This document shows, in pieces, positions 1 to 11,007 of a stretch of DNA of 64,000 nucleotides. Position numbers and translations under genes: made by a program. The notes beneath the pieces were generated by a model. That model was not told where the DNA came from, did not search any database, and saw only the letters and a program-made list of their open reading frames with translations. Location: the NCBI RefSeq assembly GCF_001194135.2, contig NC_068990.1, forward strand, positions 19,031,946-19,095,945, read 5' to 3'. The stretch is from Octopus bimaculoides (lineage: Eukaryota). How positions within the stretch are numbered: position 1 is the first letter of the stretch; each line of letters opens with the position of its first letter.

Positions 1-24
1 CTCGACGTCGTAAGCGACAGAATG

Positions 25-120
25 CCAACAACAACATACATACATACAGACACACACACACACTGACACACACACATACACACATACACACACACACACA
101 AACACACACAAACACATATA
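25..120. repeat. Imperfect (CA)n/(CATA)n microsatellite
   Basis: acaacaacatacatacatacagacacacacac... seen directly. Confidence 0.9.
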
Positions 121-744
121 TCTACAAATATGTTACGTACAACGTAGAAGAGTTTTTGCAGCTAATTGTCTTAACAATCTGAGCAAGTATTTTCCCTATA
201 GTTCCCGTTGACCTCCCCACCGCACCCATACGCACACTGTCCTGAAAGTTTTATATGTTGTCCTTTATATGAAACTTAGAAAATATTCAAAATTATTAAA
301 GTAGCCATTGACACTATAGAATCGCATTGTTTACTTCTATTCAAATAATTTGTTGTTTATGCTCTACATATATTCTTTTCTTTCTGAGTTTAACTATAAC
401 CTTTATGTTATTTTGCATCGCTACATCCATTTCCCTTGCTATAACAACTCATATTTAATTCACCAATATAAACACCGTGGTTTCATGATCTGCTTTTACA
501 TTATAATCAAAATGCATCCTATTTCTGAGCTGTCCTAATACTTCAGAATAAAATGTTTTGGAATATATGTTCATTAGTGAACCGTGCCTAGGTATAAAAC
601 GAAATGGCCACATACCGTAATGATCTTGATCTGAAGTCTATTTGATCACGGCTGACTTCATATAAAACAACAAAAAAATTTCAGAATCCTGAAATACTTA
701 TATCTTCTATAGGCCTGACATTTTGGAAAATTACAGCGACCTCA

Positions 745-822
745 TCGGTTACCTAGTACTTAATTTATCGACCCCAAAATGGTAAAAGCAGAGTCTACTT
801 CGACGGTATTTGAAGTCAAGCT
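745..822 (-). mobile_element. Degenerate fragment of tRNA-derived SINE (family 1)
   Basis: agtacttaatttatcgacccc...agagtctacttcgacggtatttgaagtcaag matches the reverse complement of the central part of the copies at 18535 and 22351. Confidence 0.6.
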
Positions 823-3546
823 TCCTTAAATAATGTCGATATATTTTTTGAGTTATCGTACACATCTTTGGTAATTGCCAAAGTAATTATATTAACTTTA
901 ATATGCAGATCATTGTATTGTTACGCATGGGATTAAAAATATAACATTATGTCAGAACTTTTGCATTAATGATATGCAACAATTTTATTTTCTTAAAACG
1001 GCAATGACATGAGCATTCAATAAGTCTAAATTAATGTCTGTCGTTGCATAATATTATTTGATTTGTTTTAAACCTTACCATGATTCATAATGGATTGTAT
1101 AAATTATGTTCACTGAACAATCATCAATCACATTTATTCTCACTCTCTGATCATTTAATTATGTGTTCGGAACATATTTAGATGTAATCTTTTCAGCTGA
1201 TGTTATTTGAAGACCGTATATCACCAGTTTTATAGCACACTTATTCGATATGTATGATGCCCATTACAAATATTTTCATTATTTTTTTCTTGAAAAAATA
1301 ATGTATTTGTACGTCTGATAGAGGAAAAAATGTTGATGGCATTAGCTATTTACTGATAAACCTTTACAATTTAGTTCAAATTGGACAAATCTTATTTAGT
1401 TCTAAACGTTATGTACATAACTCCCAAAGACGGCCATAGCTGCACTGTCATTATTGGGAGGCTTCCTGAAAGAACAACCATAAAACGTTTCTCTTTCAGT
1501 GAAATTAGAAATGTTTCTGTTTTAATCGTATGCTTGTATTTTTTCGGATTGAATTTATATTCTTTAAGATTAAACATAAATATGTAGAAATATGAAAGAT
1601 ATTCAATTAGCAATCGGTATAAGATTCGTTGCCATAAACATAATACTTCATAGCATTTGGTCGGCGGTATCTATCTATCTTTTTAAATTATGAACCTATA
1701 TTATAAGATTCTATTTTTTTAATACTGATCAAGTCTGAAAGAAGTCGATACATAATGCTCGAGTTCTGATTGTACTTCCGTAATAATATCAACGTGGGAA
1801 CCATTTACCATTATCAGTTCGATCTGCTATAAAAAAGACAGCCAAAAACGTCCCCAAATTCTGAAAAAGAAAATGATTCGGTCTCAACTTAGTTAAACAA
1901 CAAACTATGACTACTTAATTTTGAATGAGCTGAAGAGATCGATTTTTCAATGTATTAACTCGGAAAACAACAACAACAAACAATTTTTTAAAATTGATAC
2001 GCACATCGAATATTTTTTCCCGTGTTAGTAATTTTCATTTCTTTTACCCTTGTTGAAAAGGAAGTAGAATTGATAAAAATGGTGCAAAGCTGTGTGAGAA
2101 CAAATCCAAACTTCTGACAACAGATAATCCACGAAATATAAATACTGCTACAAATATAGATTGCCTACTTCTAAACATCCGTATAAATAATTTTCTCACG
2201 GGTGGTGCATGTTTGTATGTTCTTCAGGTGTTTCGTTGTCAGTGATAAGAGTTGCTTAATTTTCAGTATATTTGGTGCGTCGGATAAAATGTCAGAGGAA
2301 TTTAGCTACTGCCTCATACTTTCTGGGTTCATCTTACAGTTCTTTCATTTTAGTCAAATAACAGCAACGATTTGACATCCATGTGACAGCTCTTCACGTA
2401 AATGGGTATATAGACTTAAATAGTTAGATTACATCCGAAAGAGAGGTTCATTCTTATATAGTTCCTATTTTTGTTTCATGAATATCTCGTTTGCCTATCG
2501 TTATAGAATATCTTTTAAGTAAATGCATCTTTGTAAATATTAGATTCTAAATCGTACTTCCATAAGAAAATATTTATTTCTAAAATGTTATGTAATTATA
2601 AGAAGTAGAAACGTGAGCTTATGATAAGTATGGTGTTAATTAGGTTATAGAACCACAATTATTTACAAAATCCCCAGAGTATTGCTGCATTGAAATATAC
2701 AATGATAAATATTTGAGTTTTTTACAGCAGTGTTTTCGTCACGATCGCTAATTGAATTTATTCAAGAAGCCGTTATCTTATAAATGAATACAAATCTGCA
2801 ATTCTTAGAAGTTTTAAGCATATTTATTTTGCATAACAATCATGTGTCAACATACGCAGAGACAAACATACACACGCACACATTTACGCACGCTATTGCA
2901 TGTTCACACATATAACCACGTACTAATACGGTTAAAATCGGAGAAAATAATTGCTCAATACGTAACGTGGTGTATATGTATATAATGAGAATTTAAAATC
3001 TCTTTTATCGTAAGTCTGTGTTCCACGGTTTCTATTGTTCAGGCAATTGATCAAAAACGGCACATGTTCAGGAATGAATTATAGGAAACCAATCAAGATG
3101 TCTTTGTGTGAAAAACATTATAAATAATTTCGCTGAGGCCAAATAATTTGATGGCAATTGGAATGGTCGTGAGGTTATAAGTTTACATCACAGCCACACT
3201 TACATGATTCCATGTTGCATCTTCTGCGTAGCACATTACGCAAGAGGCTTCTATTATAATCCCGGCTTCATTAACGCTGTTTGAATAACATATCTGGGGA
3301 GGAAACTGTAAAATTCTATCAGAAGGATCATTCCTGTTTCTGAGTAATAGACATATCGTTCAAGGACCCTTACTGCCTATTGGTTCTCAGTGCCGTTATC
3401 GGAAACCATTTTCTTTCTATGGTTGGAACCATCTAAGTGGTTGGCCATGTTTTATCATCCTGTTCGTATCATAGGCTGAAACCACGAAGAAGATAATGCG
3501 TGCAATTATCTACATGTTACTAAATGAAGCAGCTTCACTCACGATG

Positions 3547-3807
3547 ACAATTTACAATTATATACGAAATATTTTGAAATATAGAACCATGTTCTATTCT
3601 ATCACATAAAACAGATCTGTGATAGATGATGTAATCCCGGCAACCGATCAATGCTAATTCCTCAGTAAATTATGAATTTTCACAATTTACTAAGGAATTA
3701 CCATTTATCGGTTGCCCGGATTACATCATCTATCACAGATCTGTTTTATGTGATAGAATAGAACATGGTTCTATATTTCAAAATATTTCGTATATAATTG
3801 TAATTGT
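3547..3807. repeat. Near-perfect fold-back palindrome, about 120-bp arms (MITE-like or inverted duplication)
   Basis: 3553-3671 is the reverse complement of 3684-3802 with about 4 mismatches; 12-nt centre atgaattttcac. Confidence 0.92.
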
Positions 3808-4147
3808 GAAAATATTTCGTATATAATTATGAATTGTGAAAATTCATAATTTAGGTAAAAATCATCAAAAACCTGCAATAACAGACTATGAGATTCCGAA
3901 GGGCAGGGAATCAGAGTGGAAATACTAGAGTCGCTAAACTTCTGTAGAGGGGAAACTTGTATTTCGTCTAACTAATAGAAAAAAGTTCTTTACATGTTAA
4001 TTGCCATGAAGCGACTATGCAATGCAAATGAAAACAACCATAAGATTATTGTATTGAAGCTTTTCTGATATCTATAGTTTATAGGAAATCACTCATACTC
4101 ACTCTCCCTCGCGCACACAACACATATACACACATATAAATACATAC

Positions 4148-4182
<35 letters not shown>

Positions 4183-4444
4183 AACATATACATACATTCA
4201 TACANNNNNNNNNNNNNNNNNNNNNNNNNNNNNNNNNNNNNNNNNNNNNNNNNNNNNNNNNNNNNNNNNNNNNNNNNNNNNNNNNNNNNNNNNNNNNNNN
4301 NNNNNNNNNNNNNNNNNNNNNNNNNNNNNNNNNNNNNNNNNNNNNNNNNNNNNNNNNNNNNNNNNNNNNNNNNNNNNNNNNNNNNNNNNNNNNNNNNNNN
4401 NATAATAGGTAAATAAATGGGGTTGAACGCAGATCTTATTCAAA

Positions 4445-4543
4445 TTCTTTTACTTTCAACATGTTTCGAAGACAACATTGGTTTTATTCCAAAGGAATAG
4501 ACGGTGAAAATAATGTAATCTTCTCATCAGGAAAGAAAAAGAA
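4445..4543 (-). ncRNA. Minimal type I hammerhead ribozyme in the inverted pLTR
   Basis: Minus strand: uucuuuuucuuuc CUGAUGA GAAGA[46 nt]UCUUC GAAAC AU GUU gaaaguaaaagaa. Stem I 13 bp with one mismatch, stem II 5 bp. Confidence 0.75.
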
Positions 4544-4865
4544 ACAATCTCAACAACAAGTTATTATAACAATTTTGATGACTGCATAAATGATAAACAG
4601 AACGCTATTAAGTATTTTAAAAATAACCGTTTGTAGATCTGACGTCAAAGGTAGACCATAAGAAGAGAAGGGGTAAAAAAATAATAAGTAGAGAACAAGG
4701 AGGAATAAAGGAGAAATATAGAGTGATATGTTGGTTGAAAAAAGTTCCAAGACTTGGAAGATTTCTCTATTGAAGTAGAGTGCAAGCCCATTTTTTCACT
4801 CTAGAGGTAATTCACTGTTCGTTAGAGATAGTACCACTTACAAGTTCACTGGGGATGGCAAAACT

Positions 4866-5116
4866 AATTGGTTTGTTATTCTGTATGGAAGGCAAATTAA
4901 ATCTAATCTTCCTTTGCAGTTACGTGAAGCGGTTAGTAAGAATTTTCCCAAATTTTTTTACATATTATTCAGTTATTTATTCTCATATAGTTAGAGTTGC
5001 CTTCTCCAACACAAAGAATCTTTCACCAATTATAACTTCTCATAATACCAGTCTGCTAAATAAAAGTTCATTTACTCAGAGTTCCAACATTAATTTAGTT
5101 AATACCAGCCCTTCCC

Positions 5117-5168
<52 letters not shown>

Positions 5169-5611
5169 CAACATAGTTTTGGTCTTTGAGGGCAACCCCA
5201 ACAGAATTAAATTTATGTCTAATAATTCTAAGATTAAGAATTCTATATACCAATGTAAAATTACTTCCCGTACCGATGCCTATTTCTATATTGGCGCTTC
5301 CTCTTCCCAGTTATCTAAGAGAATTTCCAATCATAATTCATTATTCTTCATTTAGGGATAATAGTAAACGCAATTGCACAGGGCTTAGTAAACTGGTTTG
5401 GTTTCTTAAAGACAACAATAAAGATTTTAATTTATATTGGTTCATCCTGCCCATCTCTTTCCCTTATGACACGGGCAAAGGATTCTGTAACATTTGCAAT
5501 TCTGAACTCTTCCATATTCTCTTCTCTAAGAATCACCTTGATAACACGCTTATAGAGCGATCTAACAAATGTAAGCATTGGCAGAAACATACCTTTAGCT
5601 CATATAAGTGA
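4866..5611 (+). pseudogene. Frameshifted PLE RT-EN linker plus GIY-YIG endonuclease, with an in-frame (AAT)n poly-Asn tract
   Basis: SIY at 5242-5250, YIG at 5287-5295, CxxC and CxH near the C-terminus. Frameshifts near 4955 and 5345. Combines track ORFs 4780..5355 and 5186..5611. Confidence 0.85.
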
Positions 5612-5880
5612 TTTATTCCAGTCTGTATAGTTTCAAGATTTAGTTCACCTTGCATTCTACTTCAATAGAGAAATCTACTTCCAAGCCTTTGAACATTTTT
5701 TCAACCAACATATCACTCTATATTTCTCCTTGTTCATTACTTATTATTTCTTTCCCCCTTCTCTTCCTATGGTCTACCTTTGACGTCCGATCTACTAAGG
5801 GTTATTTTAAAAATACTTAATAGCGTTCTCTTTATGCAGTCATCAAAATTGTTATAATGACTTGTTGTTGAGATTGGTTC

Positions 5881-5971
5881 TCTTTCTTTCCTGGTGAGAA
5901 AATTCAATTAAGTTACACCGTTTATTTCTTTGGAATAAAACCAATGTTGTCTTCGAAACATATGTCGAAGG
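5881..5971 (+). ncRNA. Minimal type I hammerhead ribozyme in the 3' pLTR (core mutated to CUGGUGA)
   Basis: cuuuc CUGGUGA GAAAA...UCUUC GAAAC AUAU GUC gaagg; palindromic ACAUAUGU in place of stem III. Confidence 0.7.
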
Positions 5972-6756
5972 TAAACGGATTTGAATAACATCTGCGTTCA
6001 ACTCCATTTATTTACTTAAACTATACAAATTACCGCATATTAACCCGGAGTTATATATATATATATATATATATGACATTGAAACTGTAGACCAGATTCT
6101 ACCATACAACTTCGCTTCCCTTCTTGTTGTGTTCATGAAAATTTGTGCGCTTCTATATGTAATGTATTCTTTCATTTGAACCATATGATTTTAACGTAGT
6201 ATTGTAATAATGAGGAGATCTGTTAAAAGATATCACCTTAGAGATTTTACGGCAAATGTGTTTCCTGGTGTATGGAAGAATGAATAATTATACACATGCA
6301 AGGAATGTTAAAATGAATAAATGAAAGACAGGGGAAAGGAAGGCTGGATAGCAAATATATGTGAATAACTGTTAGCGCTGCTGGAAATAATGTTAAATGC
6401 TTTGTCATGAGTGATCCTCTTGATAATTTCCTCTGTTGCCCTACGAGTGAAAAATCGTTTTATGTACACGTATCCAGGCATTATCTTCAATTTAGATTTG
6501 GTTTCTGTTTCCTATTAAAATAGCCTTCGGCAATCTTGGTTTTAACTGCTGAGATTATCTGATCCGTATAACTCCAATCCCTGTATCCTTCTTACTTCTA
6601 GCGCATTTTGCTTGTATCATAAGTATTGGAAAACCCTGCACTTGGAGCAGTCAATAATCCACATACAGTTGCCGTTTAGTTTATCTGATGCAGCGGTCAT
6701 ACGCACACCTAGCCATGCATACAGACAGGCATATCTACCTATCTATCTACCGATCT

Positions 6757-6791
<35 letters not shown>

Positions 6792-7183
6792 NNNNNNNNN
6801 NNNNNNNNNNNNNNNNNNNNNNNNNNNNNNNNNNNNNNNNNNNNNNNNNNNNNNNNNNNNNNNNNNNNNNNNNNNNNNNNNNNNNNNNNNNNNNNNNNNN
6901 NNNNNNNNNNNNNNNNNNNNNNNNNNNNNNNNNNNNNNNNNNNNNNNNNNNNNNNNNNNNNNNNNNNNNNNNNNNNNNNNNNNNNNNNNNNNNNNNNNNN
7001 NNNNNNNNNNNNNNNNNNNNNNNNNNNNNNNNNNNNNNNNNNNNNNNNNNNNNNNNNNNNNNNNNNNNNNNNNNNNNNNNNNNNNNNNNNNNNNNNNNNN
7101 NNATATATATAATGTGAATTCTATCCGAAACTGCTGAATATTCCAAAATTTGTAACCAATATGTTTGTATGTATGCGCGTATG

Positions 7184-7225
<42 letters not shown>

Positions 7226-8164
7226 TCGAACGATCGAATGAACTCTCAATGAGGGCAGGCATCCTATATATATATATACATATATATTTATATATACATA
7301 CGTACATACATGTTTGTATGTATGTGTATATATATGTATAAGTAAGACTTTTGTATTACGTACATAGAGTATACATTTTATATGTCGTAATTCACAGAAC
7401 TAATACCCATTTGAAAAATGAAGACGATATCTAGGAAATATCAAATATCTGTAATATAACTATGCTATAAAACATTTTACTACCAGAGAGATTTCACACA
7501 GGCAGTCAATACACAATATATTGTGCAAAAACATATAATGCAAACATTCTGTACACCTACAAAGCTGTGTTCATCAAAACAATAAATACGCTAATGCAAT
7601 ATCCATCCTGAATCACTTTCTCAAATTGTAATAATTACAAGATGCTACATGCTTTATTTCGTTTTCTTTTTTACCTACTCACAAATGTTCATATCTGTTA
7701 GGTTATTCGATACGATACATATTTGTGGGTAACATTTATTATCGATTGCTATCACTTTATATATACTTTCAAACAATTACCAGATTTTTCAGTTATTTAT
7801 ATGCATGTGCAATTATATATTAAATCCGGATATAGCTTCAGGAATATACGGTTTCTGCAATGAATACGTCGGAACACGCAGTACGTTATCATTTCATACA
7901 AATATCTCAATCTGTTTTATATCTGGAACCTAAAATTTACTGTATTCCACTTCACTTCTATCCTAGAAGTTTGCAACACGCCAATGATATAAGTCTGTGT
8001 TGCCTAATACAATCATGTACATTATCAAATATTCCTACTGCTAACTTCAAGCATTTCAGGAATAAAGGAATTAGTATAAAACAGACTCCGCCTCTAGCAC
8101 CCATCTTCTTCCTCTATGTTTCTTCCTTCCTCCACTGTGGCTTCTCTTTGAAAATGTACATACA

Positions 8165-8420
<256 letters not shown>

Positions 8421-9645
8421 TGTAAATACTTTCTCTTTGTTTCAGTCAGTAGGCAATGGTTAGGCAATGGCACTATCTTGTAAGCTTTGCTTCAATAAAT
8501 CAACCCCGCTACTGATTTTAATTGTGATGCTTTCTCTCGCCCTACCACGTTGTCGAGCATCTAGTCGATGGAGGCATGAATAAGTAAAAACTTGTTCTAG
8601 CAGACAAACATAGTGTCACATTCATGCAGAACATGTACCAACACTGCATATATTAAGAGACAACAGATGTACTCAATACGCTTACAATTTCAGTAATATG
8701 AGCATTTCATATTTTAACATCCCAAAGTGATTAAACTTTTGACCCTAATGCCAACACAGAAATTTTCGAACAATTTTTTTCTACTACGTAAAGAAAGGAG
8801 TGGCAGCTGTTTTTATTTCTCTCAGACGTACGAGGTGTTCCTCATGCGGTTCTTTAGCTCTCATTCACAATTTGTTTTTATATTTTCGTTTACTTGTGGC
8901 AGATATTTAGCGTGGATTGTTTAGGATAAATCTATGTATGTCGTTGGCTAGGTTAGGTCAACGTGTGGTCTGAAGATAAGTAAATGCGTCCACTTGTGAT
9001 TGTAAAAAGTAATGAATTGTTTGAATGATGTGAGTAGATGTACGTCAGTGAAACAAGCATGAAATTTTGCTAGTAAAATTCTAGATCGTTTTAGCGTAAA
9101 CTTTCTTGTTATTACAGATTGTATTTGGATGTCTCGTCTGGTGAATGAAACTGAAGAATATTTAGGACGGTAAAGAGAATGTCACTTTGAATTAATGGTA
9201 TTTTCTTGTAAGCTATTTTTGTAAATTATATGTGGGTGGGGTGTTTGTAATATAGGGTTAGGTTTCAACCTGACAGGTGTATATACGAATGCATATATCA
9301 ATACATGCTTACACTCAAGATATACACATAGAGCGTTACAAACAAATATGTATATAAGTTGATTGATACAGACTGTCAGTGGCCGCAGCGCGTGCCTTCG
9401 CTTTAGCAGCTATGGGATGCCATGCACGTTTTCTAGCCGGCGCTGGCAAATTAGATCTCCTGACCAGTGAAATTTGTCCTTTCCCCAAAGTGCGGAAAAT
9501 TAAACGCTCTAGTTTGGCCAAACGTGGATTGGGGACAGGGTAAGTTATTTGGGAGACAATGTGAGCAGTCACCACATCTGCTTTATCTTTCAGAGATAAT
9601 GATAACAGCAACAATGATAATAATGCTCCATTATCTGTCTGCTAT

Positions 9646-9760
9646 AGGCACAAGGCCTCATATTTTGGGGGTGAGGTAGCTTGTCTATTACATCGTTCCA
9701 AGTGCAGAACTGCTACTTATTTTATTTACCCCGAAAGGAAAAAAGGCAACATCGACCCCC
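9646..9760 (-). mobile_element. Degenerate 3' half of SINE family 1
   Basis: aggcacaaggcct...tacttattttatttaccccgaaagg...aaggcaacatcgacc resembles the reverse complement of the 18535 copy. Confidence 0.65.
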
Positions 9761-10957
9761 TCTTACTCCCCCTGATCATCGTCGTCATACACAAAAATAG
9801 CCAAAGACATGTAAATTTTAACGGAAGAAGATTATAAATAAATAAAGCAACAATAGCTATGTAATAATAGCAGATATCTATTTTGACTGATAGGATGGCT
9901 GGTTGATTACTCCAGCCACTTTTGTACGAAATATGATATAGAGAAGGATAAAGATAGAGAGTAAAAGAGAGATGCAAACACTGATAACATTGGAGGTGTA
10001 GGATGAGTGAACATACTAGGCTTAGTGGTAGGCACTGAGTAAATGAATGATGCACACATAAACAGTGAGATAGATAGATAGATAGAGAGAAATTCACAAA
10101 GACAGGATAGAATAACTATCTGCGAAATTATACAAGTAATAAATTTGTTTTATTTAATATTTTGAGGCAATAATTATTTTCCTTCTAAAATGTATATACG
10201 TTTCATCATTTTAGTTAAATGGCAAGAAATTTGATTATGGTTAATTTATAACTATTGTATCTACACAATATTTCCTGATATCAAAACATGGTGACACAAT
10301 TTACTTCCAAAATTATTCGTCATATGACTCTAGTAATATAATGAACATAAACGTGCAAAACATAATTAGTATTGTGTATAGTTGATAAAATAGATGGAAA
10401 GAAAGAGTGGAGAGAGAGAAAGATAGTGAGAAAGATGGTGGTGAGTTAAAAAGAGAGAGTGAGATAGCAGGGGAGAGAATATATGAGATGGCGTTAAGAA
10501 AATCGGGTGAGTGTATTTAAAATTTGCTAAATCTGATGTAATTTATGAAAACGAATATAAAATCATCAGTATGAATAAATGATTATAAATTGTTAAATTG
10601 AAATACTAAAAATTTACGATCATTGATATTGATATTAATTTAATATATATATATATTAATATACAAAATTTAAACATCAAACAGAGAGCATAACATTGTA
10701 TATGTACTTTGAAACAAACCGTAATTTCATATTATTATAGTCGCTTCGTATTATAATTATATCAAGTTATTTGCCACACAATACTTAATATATTTATAAC
10801 TANNNNNNNNNNNNNNNNNNNNNNNNNNNNNNNNNNNNNNNNNNNNNNNNNNNNNNNNNNNNNNNNNNNNNNNNNNNNNNNNNNNNNNNNNNNNNNNNNN
10901 NNNNNNNNNNNNNNNNNNNNNNNNNNNNNNNNNNNNNNNNNATATATATATATGTGT

Positions 10958-11007
<50 letters not shown>

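Larger units (their letters stand above)
4402..6017 (+). mobile_element. 5'-truncated Penelope-like retroelement (Naiad-like): inverted pLTR 4402-4786, linker plus GIY-YIG endonuclease 4787-5611, 3' pLTR about 5650-6017
   Basis: 4405-4786 is the reverse complement of 5650-6017 (diverged). The body translates, with 2 frameshifts, to NWFVILYG..VSKNFP / VAFSNTKNLSPIITSHN / SIY..YIG..KRISNH / GLSKLVWFLK..CNICNSELFHIL..CKH, a PLE linker plus GIY-YIG. Confidence 0.88.

Noticed and set aside
3420-3500. KW.GHVL-like RTE motif
   Set aside because: A single short motif needing a frameshift, with no flanking support.
5420-5611. Selenocysteine (in-frame TGA) recoding as reported for some Naiad PLEs
   Set aside because: The EN cysteines here are TGC/TGT. 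The TGA codons at about 29775 and about 50965 fall at non-Cys positions and fit ordinary decay. No SECIS was recognisable by eye.
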